Both the position numbers and the translations under genes were made by a program. From contig JBBIPP010000008.1 in assembly GCA_037442745.1 (NCBI GenBank), positions 8,013 through 72,012 on the forward strand: a stretch of DNA of 64,000 nt, read 5' to 3'. Numbering within the stretch: position 1 is the first letter of the stretch; each line of letters starts with the position of its first letter. The DNA comes from an archaeon (GTDB lineage: Archaea > SpSt-1190 > DYHY01). Below are positions 19,773 to 30,434 of the stretch, one piece after another. A model generated the notes under the pieces. The model searched no databases, was not told the origin of the DNA, and saw only the letters and a program-made list of their open reading frames with translations.

Positions 19773-21941
19773 TCAATGGGATTTCTTCTCAGGAGATTTC
19801 CTCTTCCTAGTCGCTTTCGGAGGGGAGGAAATTTCCCCTAACGGACTTTTTTGGACGAGCCTTTCCTCCGGTTTGTTTTTCGGTTTTCCCCAATCCTTTT
19901 TTGTCTCGCACGAAGGCTCGATACACATTGTGAACGGTCTCTTGCCGGCCCTGACGACCTTTATTATCGGGGTTCCGCATTTGTCGCATGTCTTGTCTGT
20001 AGCCTCAACAAGGCCTCCCGGCAAGGGGAATGACTGCGTGCAGTTTGGATAGTTCGTGCATCCGACGAATTTTTTTCTAGTCCTAGGATTGAATATTGTC
20101 TTCAGGTTTCCCGCCCCGCATTTAGAGCATTTGCCAAGGGTCTCTTTGATGTTCAATGCAATCTTTAGACCCGAGAGGAGGGTCTGCCCGACCTCTAGCT
20201 CGTGCTCCCTGAATTTTGAGAGGGTTTCGACAAGAACCTTTTTCGCCCTTGAGAGGATTTCTTCCCGCCTTTTTCTCCCTTCCGAGATCAGTTCCATTTC
20301 CGCCTCGAACTCGCGCGTCAATTCGGGAGAGATTATTTTCGGAGCGTTATTCTCAAGTGAATCGACAACCGCAAGGCCGAGCTCAGTCACAACAATTTTC
20401 TTTTCCCTAATATATCCCCGGGAATAAAGAGTCTCGACAATTTCCGCCCTCGTCGCTTTTGTCCCTAGATTCTCCTTTTCAAGCGCCTTGATTAAGGAGG
20501 CTTCGTTATATCTCGGGGGGGGCTCAGTTTCCTTTGACAGGAGATCAATTGACAGAATTTCAAGATAATCTCCCTTGACCATACTCGGAAGGGAACTCTC
20601 CTCAAGCTTTGCATACTGCCCGTAGAATTCCGCCCAGCCCAGTTCCAAAGTTGAGCGTCCGGAAGCGTTGAAAATCTCCCCCCTTACATCCAATCTTACC
20701 GAGACAGTCTCCCTGACGCAAGGCTCCCCGAAAACCGCAAGGAACCTTCTCACAATAAGATCATAGAGCTTTGATTGCTCTTCTGTGAGAGACGTTGGCC
20801 TCTCCCCGGTCGGGTGTATTGCCGGGTGAGCCGGGTCGTCCTTTTCTCCGTTGGCAGGGACAAGAGAATTCTTTTTTGCGAGAGCGCCCGCATGTTCAGA
20901 ATATTTCTTTTGTTTTGAGAGGGAAAGAAGAATTCCGCGGAGATCGAGCTTGTCTGGAAGTTTCTGCGAACTGGTCCTAGGGTAGCTGATGAGCGCCTTT
21001 TCATAGAGCGATTGGGCAATGCTTTGAGTTCTCTTAGGCGAAAATCCGAAATGCCGATAGCCTTCTGTCTGAAGCTTTGTCAAGTCGAAAGGGGTTGGCG
21101 GAAGCTCGCGATATTCCCTTTTGTCAAGAGACGCTACTTGCGCCCGTTTCTCTCCGGAAATCTTTCCGAAAATTTTCTCCGCCTCGTTTTTATCCCAGAA
21201 CTTGTCCGCCTCGTGGAGGGCCTTCACTTCAATCCTGTCTTTTTCCGAGAGAAGGGATATTTGCCAGAAAGGAACCGGAACGAAATCTTTGATTTCCTTC
21301 TCCCTCTTTGCTAGGAAAGCAAGAGCAGGGCCCTGGACCCTGCCTGTTGAAAGAACGTGCCAACGCCCCGCCTTTTTTATCGCAAGAGTGAGCGCTCGGG
21401 AGAGATTTATTCCATAGAGCCAATCGAGCTCATGCCTTGCGAGACCTGCTTCAATCTGAGGAAAGTCAAGATGCTCTGACGCTTTCTCAAAAGAGTCCAC
21501 AAGTTCCTTTGCAGTTAGGGTGGAAAAATGCAGCCTCTTTGCGTCTTCCCGCGAGCAAGCGAACCGAAGTATGTTATATCCAATCACCGCCCCTTCAGTG
21601 TCATAGTCTGTTGCGTTGTAAATTTCTCCCGCGCCTTCAGAAAAATTCTCAATTACTGAGAGGTACGGCCTTGCGAATTCCGCGCCTTTGCCTCCCTCCC
21701 AGACAGGAACCCATTTCGTTTCAAGGACGGGATATGTCCATTTGCCTTTGTCTTTTTCCACAAGGGAATAGAGATGGCCGACTGCCGAGACAAGAATTAT
21801 CCGCTGCCCCTTCCTAGAAATTTCAAGGGCGCTTGCTTTCCCGAATTTCTTCTCGGAAACAGTCCCCTCAGCCAAAGCCTGGGCAATCTTTCTTGCTGCG
21901 TTTGGCTTTTCGCAAATAATCAGGGAATAAGGGGAGGACAT
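19773..21941 (-). CDS. topA: DNA topoisomerase IA
   Basis: ICEKP, AVGHL, ATDYDTEG, GRVQ, ISYPRT motifs and C-terminal zinc ribbons. Confidence 0.97.
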   Translation of the reverse strand: MSSPYSLIICEKPNAARKIAQALAEGTVSEKKFGKASALEISRKGQRIILVSAVGHLYSLVEKDKGKWTYPVLETKWVPVWEGGKGAEFARPYLSVIENFSEGAGEIYNATDYDTEGAVIGYNILRFACSREDAKRLHFSTLTAKELVDSFEKASEHLDFPQIEAGLARHELDWLYGINLSRALTLAIKKAGRWHVLSTGRVQGPALAFLAKREKEIKDFVPVPFWQISLLSEKDRIEVKALHEADKFWDKNEAEKIFGKISGEKRAQVASLDKREYRELPPTPFDLTKLQTEGYRHFGFSPKRTQSIAQSLYEKALISYPRTSSQKLPDKLDLRGILLSLSKQKKYSEHAGALAKKNSLVPANGEKDDPAHPAIHPTGERPTSLTEEQSKLYDLIVRRFLAVFGEPCVRETVSVRLDVRGEIFNASGRSTLELGWAEFYGQYAKLEESSLPSMVKGDYLEILSIDLLSKETEPPPRYNEASLIKALEKENLGTKATRAEIVETLYSRGYIREKKIVVTELGLAVVDSLENNAPKIISPELTREFEAEMELISEGRKRREEILSRAKKVLVETLSKFREHELEVGQTLLSGLKIALNIKETLGKCSKCGAGNLKTIFNPRTRKKFVGCTNYPNCTQSFPLPGGLVEATDKTCDKCGTPIIKVVRAGKRPFTMCIEPSCETKKDWGKPKNKPEERLVQKSPLGEISSPPKATRKRKSPEKKSH

Positions 21942-21966
21942 TTGTAAGGGGAGTGCTTGTGCGTAT

Positions 21967-22164
21967 TTATTCGTTTGGCGTTCCAGAAGACCCGCTTTCC
22001 GACCAATTTTCCTCGACGAATTGTTTTATTTCATCGAGATTGTCTAGTATCATCTTCGCTTTCTTCACCCCGAATGTGAACGGGAACTTGTCGTCCCTTT
22101 CGTTTCCAGTTTTCAAGACCAAGACCTTTCTTCCTTTGAACTCGGATATTTCTGCCGGAGCCAT
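21967..22164 (-). CDS. Small conserved hypothetical protein
   Basis: SEFKG..VL and FPFTFGVKKAKMIL pattern; co-oriented with topA. Confidence 0.7.
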   Translation of the reverse strand: MAPAEISEFKGRKVLVLKTGNERDDKFPFTFGVKKAKMILDNLDEIKQFVEENWSESGSSGTPNE

Positions 22165-22246
22165 TCCTCTGCCTAGAACGCTCCGGTTTTTAAGGGAAAA
22201 GAGGAGAATTCCTGTATTCTGCTGGATACTTTGCCAGGAAAAAGAG

Positions 22247-22253
22247 TTTAAAA
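22247..22253 (+). promoter_or_regulatory. TATA box with purine-rich BRE for the R-M gene
   Basis: GAAAAAGAG-TTTAAAA ending 24 nt before ATG 22278. Confidence 0.5.
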
Positions 22254-22277
22254 CTCAAAGCGCTACCCCTAATCAAA

Positions 22278-24996
22278 ATGTCTCTCTCTCTCACAAAATC
22301 AGGAGAAGGAAGCCTCCAAACAGCAAATAGTCGAGCTAATTTCTGACTACCGGAAAGAATTTCCGAATGGGCCCCCTCGGACGCTAAACGAGGAGAGAAC
22401 GAAGGACTGGATTGACGAGCTTTTCCGCTATCTTGGATGGAACATCAGAAAAGAAGGCAACAAGGAGGAAAAGTCCGGAAACCAAAAAAGGGTTGATTAT
22501 GCTTTCAAAATAAACGGCGTAACCCAATTCTTATTGGAAGCAAAAAAGCCGAGCGAAGCCCTAGATGTCCACGCTAAACAGGCCTTGGAATACGGATACC
22601 AAAACAGCGTTCCCTGGGTCGTTCTTACGAATTTTGAGGAAATCCGGGTTTACAACTCCCAGTATTTCGACAAGGCCGAAGAAGTCAGACGGCTTTTCAA
22701 GCCAATACTCCTCTCCGAAATTCCCGATAGGTTTGAGGACTTGTGGCTTTTTTCAAAACCAGCTTTCCTAGAACGACAAATAGACAAGGTTGCCGAGAAA
22801 TACGGGAAAGTAAAGCCAAAGGAGCCGATAACGAACCTTCTGGCAAAGGATTTAGGGAATTGGCGGACCCTTTTGACGAAAAGCATTAGTGAGAGGAAAA
22901 AGGAGAACAATCTCCCCGAGAAGCAAGAAGATGCCGAGCTTTTCATTGACGAATGCGTCCAGAGGATTCTTGACAGGCTCCTTTTCCTGCGAGTTGCGGA
23001 AGACCGAGGGTTCGAGGAGGCAATACTCGGCCAGACCCTTCGGAAGTGGGAAGATGAGGGGAAAAAGAGGCTTTTTGAATATCTCTCGGAAGCTTTTAGG
23101 AGAGCTGACGATACCTATAACAGCGGGCTTTTCCAGCCCCACGAATCCGAGAAACTGGAGATAGCCGACAGCGCGCTTGAAAAAGTCATACGGGAGAGCT
23201 ACAACAGCCCGAACGGCCTGAAATACAATTTTTCCGCAATAAATGCCGACATTCTTGGAAGCGTTTATGAGCAATATCTCTCAATTCTTCTAAAAAAGAC
23301 CGCCAAAGGAGTAAAGCTAAAGGAGAACCAAGCGCACAGAAAGGAACAGGGGATTTACTATACCCCGACATATATTGTCGATTATATTGTCAGAAACACT
23401 CTCGGAGAGACCCTCAAGGGACGAAGCGTCCAAGAAGCCGATGAGATAAAAGTCCTGGACATGGCCTGCGGAAGTGGATCATTTCTTCTGAAAGCATTCG
23501 ACGTGCTCGAGGAATATCACTCGGAAAAGGACGCAAGCGGGGAAAAACAGGCAAGGCTCGATTTCTCCGAAGCGGACGCGAAAACAACGGCAAAGAGGAG
23601 GATACTCGAAAACAACATTTATGGCGTTGACCTAGACGAAAAAGCGGTTGAGATTGCCCAGTTGAATCTTCTTCTCAGGATGGCGGAGAAAAAGGGAAAA
23701 TTGCCCATTCTCAGAAACAACGTCCAGCACGGGAACTCCCTCATTGACGACAAGGAAGTTTCCAAAGAGGCGTTCGAATGGGAGGCGAGATTTCCTAGAA
23801 TAATAAGGTTCGATTCCGAGAGGAAACTTGCCGATGGCGCAGGGTTCGATGTGATAATAGGAAATCCTCCTTATGGGGTTGAATTTAGCGAGACTGATAG
23901 CTCTTTTCTGAAATCAACATATTCGACTTGCTATGGGAAAGTAAATTCATACCGACTTTTTGTGGAGAATGCTATTCGTTTGCTCAAACGAGACGGGTTT
24001 CTCGGATACATAATACCTAACACCTGGTTGTCAGATAATGACTCCAGCAAATTAAGGCGTCTGCTGTTAGAAACTGTCAGAATAGACAAAATAGTTATTC
24101 TCCCAGAGAGTTTAGATGTTTTCGAAGGAGTTACGCAAGCCACAACAATATTGATTATCAAAAAACAGTCAGGAAAAGAAAGTAATATATCCTTTTTTTA
24201 TGAAAAAGAGAAGCGATCTGCGGGGAAACATTTTTTAGGAAAGATATCGCAGAAGGCATTCGCTAAAACACAAGACAACAAAATAATTTCAAACCCTTTG
24301 ATTCTTAAAATACTAGAAAAGATTGAACACGTAGGCACTTCTAGATTAGATAACTTTTTTAGAATAAATCAAGGGGAAGTAAATCTCACGGTTTTTAAAA
24401 AAGCCTTAGGAACAGAGCCGGGAAACGGAATAAATCTTCTTCTGAGAGGAACGGATATTTTCAGATATGGTTACACGAAGAATTTCTCAAAGGAGGGATA
24501 TGTAGAAGTAGCCAAGATAAGACGTAACGATTCCGATAAAGAGCGAATTGTTGTGCAGGAGGTTTCAAACATGCAGCAAACTAGGAGACTGAAAGGTTGC
24601 TTAATCGGCACAAGGATAAATTGTGCGCATACTTGCAATTATCTGTATTTGAAGAAAAAAGACGAACCGCAAGAGTTCTTCCTAGCTTTGATAAATTCCA
24701 AACTTCTCGATTTTTATTTTAAATCATATAGCAGTACGAATCACATAAGTGGGGTGGAACTTAGAGCCCTTCCGATAAAAATTGCCTCTCCAGAAGTACA
24801 ATCTACAATTATCAAACTAGTAAGCAAAATCCTTGCTCTAAACAAAAAACTGCCCGGCCTAAAGCAGACGAACGAACGACAGAAAATAGAGGACGAGATA
24901 ACGAGAGTCGATGCCGAGATAGACTGCCTCGTATATTCCCTTTACGGCCTGACTGACGAAGAAATCCGCCTTGTCGAGGAATCCTTCTCGAAATAG
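22278..24996 (+). CDS. Type IIG restriction-modification enzyme (nuclease, N6A methyltransferase and TRD), frameshifted at a 5' (TC)6 tract
   Basis: Main frame open from 22273 with NEERTK..I..LF..LGW and VDY...EAK; GIYYTP, LDMACGSGSFL and GNPPY motifs. Confidence 0.88.
22281..22292 (+). repeat. (TC)6 simple sequence repeat directly after ATG
   Basis: atg-tctctctctctc-acaaaat. Confidence 0.9.
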
Positions 24997-25049
24997 CGGA
25001 AAGGCGAACCATCCGAATGGTTAAGCCTGAAACGTTCTCTAGGAAATAA

Positions 25050-25466
25050 ATGCCCCTTGAAAAGACTAAACCTTCTTTCGAGACTCTCCTGACTGACCTC
25101 ATTTTGGCGCTCCACCATGTTGCAGTAGACGAGCCCCTGGGAATCCGGGACCAAGGAACATTGGATTTTATTGTAAAATCTGCATGCGAAACGGAAGGCT
25201 CAAACCTAGACCTTGCGGCCAATCTGCTTTTCAACATAGCCACAAGACATCCGTTTTTTGACGGGAACAAAAGGACCGCAACACTATCTGCCCTTACAAT
25301 CCTGCTCTCAGGGAATCTTTCAGAACCGACACAAGATGCGCTTGCGGAATTCTTAAAGCTAAAGGCCGAAAACGAGTATGAAAAGTTCATTCTGGATGTT
25401 GCAAAATACAGCAAGACAGAAAGCCAAGTAAGAGACTATTTGAAAAGGAGGTTTAATAAGGAATGA
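25050..25466 (+). CDS. Fic/Doc family toxin
   Basis: HPFFDGNKRTA motif; GIRDQGTL. Confidence 0.92.
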   Translation: MPLEKTKPSFETLLTDLILALHHVAVDEPLGIRDQGTLDFIVKSACETEGSNLDLAANLLFNIATRHPFFDGNKRTATLSALTILLSGNLSEPTQDALAEFLKLKAENEYEKFILDVAKYSKTESQVRDYLKRRFNKE

Positions 25467-25642
25467 CTTCCCAAGAAATACGTGCCATGCCAAAGAAGAC
25501 AGGCAAAGATTCCTTCCGCAGAATGCTCGAAGTTCGTCTTGAAAAGGAAAGCCCATCTCAAATAACTAAAAGCATTTCTGAACAGGCCGAACGGATAAAG
25601 AAAGCCAACAAGCGCCTCTTCGACCGTCTGGCAAAGCTCTGA
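25463..25642 (+). CDS. 59-aa protein, putative antitoxin (absent from the ORF track)
   Basis: ATGA overlap with the fic stop; ends IKKANKRLFDRLAKL. Confidence 0.65.
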   Translation: MTSQEIRAMPKKTGKDSFRRMLEVRLEKESPSQITKSISEQAERIKKANKRLFDRLAKL

Positions 25643-25654
25643 GTCTGCCCTGAA

Positions 25655-26950
25655 CTATTTTTCCGCCGGTTTGAGTTCAGTCTTCCCGCCCATATATGGC
25701 CAGAGCGCCTTGGGAAGCTTAACCGTGCCCTCCTGAGTCTGGAAATTCTCGACAATTGCAACAATAACCCTTGTTGTTGCAATTGCGGTGGAGTTCAATG
25801 TGTGTATATATTCCGCCGGGAGGCCGTGCGCTTTCCTCGACTTTATGCTCAGGCGGACTGCTTGGTAGCTAGTGCAGTTGGAACCTGAGACCATTTCCCG
25901 GTATTTTCCCTGAACAGGCATCCACGCCTCCAAATCGTATTTCTTCGAGGCGACAATCCCAATGTCCCCTGTGCAGATATTCACAATCCTGTAGGGAATT
26001 TCCAGCTTTTGGAAAATTTCCTCAGCGTTCGCGATTATTTCCTCGTGGAAAGCCCATGAATCCTCCGGCTTGCAGAAAACGAACTGCTCAATTTTGTTGA
26101 ACTGGTGCACCCGGAAAATCCCTTTCGTGTCCTTGCCATGACTTCCGGCCTCCCTCCTAAAGCAGGGCGAAATTCCGGCGATTTTCAGTGGAAGGTCCTC
26201 GTCAAGCAAAGTCTCGTTCATCAGCATCCCCCCAATCGGGTGCTCGCTAGTTGCAATAAGGTAGGAGTCCTCTCCATCAATTTTGTAGAGAGTGTCCTCG
26301 AAATCCCCAAGCGACGTTACCCCCATATAAGCCTCCTTTCCCATAATGTAGGGTGGGTTCACAATAGTGAACCCCTTCTTCACGAGAATGTCCACAGCAA
26401 ACCTCTGGAGAGCCATGTCAAGGAGAACGAGGTCCCCTTTCAAAAAGTAAAAGCGGGAGCCGGAGACTTTCGCCGCCCTTTCAAGGTCAAGGAGGCCGAG
26501 GGAAAGCAGCAACTCTTCGTGCCCCTTCGGCTCGAACGGAAGGGGCTTTGCTTCCCCCCATGTCCTGACAGTGATGTTTTCAGAGTCGTCCTTTCCATAT
26601 GGCACTGACTCGTGGAGAATGTTCGGGAGCCTTAGGAGCGCCTGCCCAATCTCATCCTTTAGGGAAGATAGCTCATCCTCAATTTCCTTCAGTTCGGACG
26701 GGATTTCCTTGCTTCGGGAAACGGTTTCCGGAGAAGGGTATTTTCCCGTCTTTTTCGCTCCGGAAATCTCGGCAGTTATCCTGTTCCTCTCTGCCCGGAG
26801 GCTTTCCACCTTGGAATTCAGTTCCCTAAAGAGCTTTTCATTCCCAATTGTCTTCTCGAGAAGGGAGAGCATCTTGTGGTCGGAGCCCCTCTTCTCCAAA
26901 TCTCTCCTGACTACGTCCGGATTCTCCCTCAAGAACCTGATATCGAGCAT
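25655..26950 (-). CDS. serS: Seryl-tRNA synthetase
   Basis: MLDIRF, LIATSE, FRREAG, FRVHQFNK and HTLNST motifs. Confidence 0.97.
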   Translation of the reverse strand: MLDIRFLRENPDVVRRDLEKRGSDHKMLSLLEKTIGNEKLFRELNSKVESLRAERNRITAEISGAKKTGKYPSPETVSRSKEIPSELKEIEDELSSLKDEIGQALLRLPNILHESVPYGKDDSENITVRTWGEAKPLPFEPKGHEELLLSLGLLDLERAAKVSGSRFYFLKGDLVLLDMALQRFAVDILVKKGFTIVNPPYIMGKEAYMGVTSLGDFEDTLYKIDGEDSYLIATSEHPIGGMLMNETLLDEDLPLKIAGISPCFRREAGSHGKDTKGIFRVHQFNKIEQFVFCKPEDSWAFHEEIIANAEEIFQKLEIPYRIVNICTGDIGIVASKKYDLEAWMPVQGKYREMVSGSNCTSYQAVRLSIKSRKAHGLPAEYIHTLNSTAIATTRVIVAIVENFQTQEGTVKLPKALWPYMGGKTELKPAEK

Positions 26951-27004
26951 ATTCGCCGGAAAATCCGACAGACTAATAAATGTTACCAAAAGCGTCCCCT
27001 TCGA

Positions 27005-27409
27005 ATGGACTCGCTCTTCCCAAGAAGGCTCTTATCACATTTCCTCGATCTCTTTGTCCTCTCGTTCCTAGTGTCATTCCCGATAGCGTTCTTCCTCAAG
27101 GTTCCAGAGCAAGGGGTTTTCTCACTTGCGGTCACGGCCTACACATCCCTTGCAGGAGTCCTCTACTGGACGCTGTCGGACTTTTTCATTGGCGCAAGCA
27201 TTGGAAAGGCAATTTTTCGGCTGAGAACAATTTCAACAATCCGGAACTGTTCCCCAAACATTGTTCAGGCGGCAATCCGAAACATTGCGAAACTAGCCAT
27301 TCCCCTCCTCATCTTAGACACCCTCCCACTAATTTTCGGAAAGGGCAAAGGAGGCCTTAGATATTCGGAGAGATTGGCAAAGACAAAAGTGACTGACTGG
27401 AAGGAATGA
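27005..27409 (+). CDS. RDD family membrane protein
   Basis: RRLLSHFLD, SIGK, AAIRN and ERLAKTKV motifs. Confidence 0.8.
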   Translation: MDSLFPRRLLSHFLDLFVLSFLVSFPIAFFLKVPEQGVFSLAVTAYTSLAGVLYWTLSDFFIGASIGKAIFRLRTISTIRNCSPNIVQAAIRNIAKLAIPLLILDTLPLIFGKGKGGLRYSERLAKTKVTDWKE

Positions 27410-27412
27410 AAA

Positions 27413-28321
27413 ATGGCAATAATACTGAAGAGAAAACTGCTGAAACTTTCCCTGCTCGCCCTGTTTACTTTCTCCGTAACCCTGCTTTTCGCGCTTTTGG
27501 CAAAGAACATAGACACAATATCGAGCCCGAGGGAAATAGTGCTTGTCCGGCTTGAAGGGACAATAGGAAATGCCGGCTGGCCTTCAAGCGACGTGGCAAT
27601 TGACAAAAACAAGGTGCTTGCTCTCGCAAAGGAGTTAGGAGACGATCCTCTGGTTGCCGGCGCGGTAATTGAGATATCCTCGCCAGGAGGGGACGCGGCA
27701 TCAACGCAGGAAGTGGCGGAGAGCCTGAAATCCCTTTCCGGAAAAAAGCCGATAGTTACTTTCACAACAGATATTGCTACGTCAGGGGGATACTGGCTCT
27801 ATGCCACAGGCAACAAGACAGTTGCCGCGCCCCTCTCAATTGTCGGGTCAATCGGCGTCTTGTCCCAGTCAATTGACGCATCAGGGCTCCTTGAGAAAAT
27901 AGGTGTCAATTTCACCACAATCAAAGCCGGAAAATACAAGGATGCTGGGAGCTTTTCAAGGCAGATGACTGAGGAAGAGGCGTCCCAGTTCCAGGAGCTA
28001 GTTGACAAGGTTCACGAAGAGTTCGTCTCAGACATCTCAGAGCTTCGGGGAATTCCAAAAGAGGCTCTCTACAACCTGTCAGAAGGCCAGATTTTCCTCG
28101 GGAAAGACGCGGTCACGTTCGGCCTGGCAGACGAGGTTGGGTTCGAGGACAACGCAGTTGAATTGGCAAAGGAGATTGCCTCCTGCGAATCCTGCATTGT
28201 TACAGAAGTTTCCCTTTCCACCGGATGGGAGCGGATGATAAGCGGAATTTTCTCAGGGATTGGTAGATCATTTGGAACAGGGCTTGTCTCGGGGATTTTC
28301 GAGGAAAGGAAGCAGGTATAA
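27413..28321 (+). CDS. sppA: Signal peptide peptidase (S49)
   Basis: SSPGG, ATSGGYW, GSIGV and GKYKD motifs. Confidence 0.92.
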   Translation: MAIILKRKLLKLSLLALFTFSVTLLFALLAKNIDTISSPREIVLVRLEGTIGNAGWPSSDVAIDKNKVLALAKELGDDPLVAGAVIEISSPGGDAASTQEVAESLKSLSGKKPIVTFTTDIATSGGYWLYATGNKTVAAPLSIVGSIGVLSQSIDASGLLEKIGVNFTTIKAGKYKDAGSFSRQMTEEEASQFQELVDKVHEEFVSDISELRGIPKEALYNLSEGQIFLGKDAVTFGLADEVGFEDNAVELAKEIASCESCIVTEVSLSTGWERMISGIFSGIGRSFGTGLVSGIFEERKQV

Positions 28322-28364
28322 AAAGAGTACCAAGTTTTTTAAACTTACACGCCGTTCTCCTCAA

Positions 28365-28970
28365 ATGGAAGAGAAAAAACAGAATCATTCGGTAAAGCCA
28401 CTCGGATTCGGGACTCTCAAGGGGATATCGGAGAAAACCAACCAAATACACCACGGGAAACTCTATACCGGCTATGTAAACAAGAGGAACGAGATTGAAT
28501 TGGCTCTTTCGGTTGCCGACAAGTCGAAAGCGAACGCGACCCACTCGGAATTCGGAGAGCTGAAACGCCAGGAGACATTCGCCGCGAACGGCCAGATTCT
28601 TCACGAGATTTTCTTCGGGATTCTAGGGGGGGACGGCGTGCCCAACAGCAATGTCCTCAAAATGATTGAGCGGGATTTCGGGTCTTTTGAGAATTGGAAG
28701 GCCGAGTTCATTGCATGCGGCATGTCCGCTCGGGGCTGGGCAATACTTGCGTTCGACCCGTCAGACGGAAGGCTCCATAACTATACCGGGGACGCTCACA
28801 ACCAGGGAGGGGTCTGGGGGGCAATACCCCTGATAGCCTTGGATGTCTATGAACACGCCTATTTCATTGATTTCGGGAGCGACCGGAAAGCCTATATTGA
28901 GAGCTATTTTTCAAACCTCGATTGGGGAAAAATAAACGCAATTGCCAGGAGAGCCAAGCTGACTGAATAG
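28365..28970 (+). CDS. sod: Fe/Mn superoxide dismutase
   Basis: HHGKLY, LHEIFF and LDVYEHAY motifs. Confidence 0.95.
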   Translation: MEEKKQNHSVKPLGFGTLKGISEKTNQIHHGKLYTGYVNKRNEIELALSVADKSKANATHSEFGELKRQETFAANGQILHEIFFGILGGDGVPNSNVLKMIERDFGSFENWKAEFIACGMSARGWAILAFDPSDGRLHNYTGDAHNQGGVWGAIPLIALDVYEHAYFIDFGSDRKAYIESYFSNLDWGKINAIARRAKLTE

Positions 28971-28979
28971 GAAATTCCA

Positions 28980-29513
28980 CTATTTCTTCACAGAAATCCC
29001 GCCGAGAAGCCAGAGGACCGAATATCCCACGAAAACCTGTATAAGGAGGCCCGGCCAGCCAATTGCAAAGTCAGAGAGCGCCTTTAGGAAGTTTCCGTAT
29101 AATGCCGTCTCAAACAATATCCCGACAGTCTGGCTCATGAACACCACAAGAACAAGATTCGCAATTGAGAGCTTCCTTGTGCCGTAGGAGATCAGGTATG
29201 CGAAAATTGCCAAGACGATGCCCTTGACAAGAATTATCGGGAGAATCTGGGCGGGAGGCATTCCTGTGAGGAAAGTGTTCGCAAGGGGGGAAATTGTCGC
29301 AGTCATCAGTCCTGCTTTCAGGCCGAACTTGTACGAAGCAATCAGGACGAAGAGATAAATCGGGAGGAACTTCGGGCCCCCTTGGGGAATTGTGTGGACG
29401 AGCCAGGGGAAAATTATGTTCCCCAAAACCATCAGGGAAGTGAAAACGTAAAGGGAGGTGTCTGAAAACCCGAGTTCAAGAGGAAAATGGAAATGCTTTT
29501 TGTTCTCAACCAT
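28980..29513 (-). CDS. ECF transporter S-component-like protein
   Basis: About six TM segments; FLPIY, ISPL and TGMPP motifs. Confidence 0.75.
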   Translation of the reverse strand: MVENKKHFHFPLELGFSDTSLYVFTSLMVLGNIIFPWLVHTIPQGGPKFLPIYLFVLIASYKFGLKAGLMTATISPLANTFLTGMPPAQILPIILVKGIVLAIFAYLISYGTRKLSIANLVLVVFMSQTVGILFETALYGNFLKALSDFAIGWPGLLIQVFVGYSVLWLLGGISVKK

Positions 29514-29542
29514 TTTTCTAATATCCCAGAAAAGCCAGCCCT

Positions 29543-29833
29543 TCAGACATCAGTTCCTTTTTCAATTTTTACGTCCCCGTTCACCTTGCACTGGCAGGCA
29601 AGCCTCTGGTTTTCCTTTGCCCCGAACATTATCAGGGAATCCTTCTCCCCTTCCTCGGGATGGGAGAGGTTCTCCGCCCCGGAAAGGACGTTTATTATGC
29701 AAGTTCCGCACACTCCGGCCTCGCACCCGAAAACAATTTTCGAATCGCTCTTCTTGCACACATTTATCAGGGGTTCGCCGGCCTCGGCTTCAACAGTTTT
29801 TCCCGAATTGTCCACGAATTCCACTTTTGGCAT
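29543..29833 (-). CDS. [2Fe-2S] ferredoxin
   Basis: CEAGVCGTC and RLACQ motifs. Confidence 0.93.
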   Translation of the reverse strand: MPKVEFVDNSGKTVEAEAGEPLINVCKKSDSKIVFGCEAGVCGTCIINVLSGAENLSHPEEGEKDSLIMFGAKENQRLACQCKVNGDVKIEKGTDV

Positions 29834-30434
29834 TTTTCGGGAATTCCCGGTTTTCCCTATTTAATCCTTGCCCAAGCCCCTCCTCAATTGAGAGAATGTC
29901 CTCCAGCCTTGCCCCGGTTGCCGGGTGTTTCGGCCCGAGAACACAGCAGGCCTCAGGGCCCCTCGAGAGTTCAAGCGTCCCGAATTTCCTTGCAAGGGAA
30001 ATTGTCTCCTCCTTGTCCATCGAAATCAGGGGCCGAATTACCGGAAGGTCTGTTGCTGAATCGACGACCGAGAGGTTTGTCAAAGTCTGGCTCGACACCT
30101 GGCCAACCGAATCCCCGGTAATAAGAGCGGGAATTCCGCGAATTCTTGCGAATTTTCCGGCTCTCCTCAGGAAAAGGCGCTTTTGGAGAACGAAATAGAG
30201 GGCGTATTTCCCGGAATTGGCAAGGCGCTCAAGATCCTTTGAAATGTTCTCAGTGTGCAAAGGCATTCCAATGAATTCCGCCAACTTTTCGCACCTGACT
30301 CGGGTGTCCGGGCCAACGAGGGGCTCTGATGAGAAATGGATTGCGGAAACTTCGAGGCCAGCTCTCTTTGCAAGAATTCCCGCGACCGGGGAATCTATTC
30401 CACCAGATAGGAGGAGAAGCGCCCGCCTAGCCAT
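29790..30434 (-). CDS. thiI: ThiI-like PP-loop sulfurtransferase, catalytic domain only
   Basis: LLSGGIDSPVA, TGDSVGQVSSQT, RPL and ACC motifs; ATG 30434 overlaps the upstream HAD stop. Confidence 0.8.
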   Translation of the reverse strand: MARRALLLLSGGIDSPVAGILAKRAGLEVSAIHFSSEPLVGPDTRVRCEKLAEFIGMPLHTENISKDLERLANSGKYALYFVLQKRLFLRRAGKFARIRGIPALITGDSVGQVSSQTLTNLSVVDSATDLPVIRPLISMDKEETISLARKFGTLELSRGPEACCVLGPKHPATGARLEDILSIEEGLGQGLNRENREFPKNAKSGIRGQFGKNC

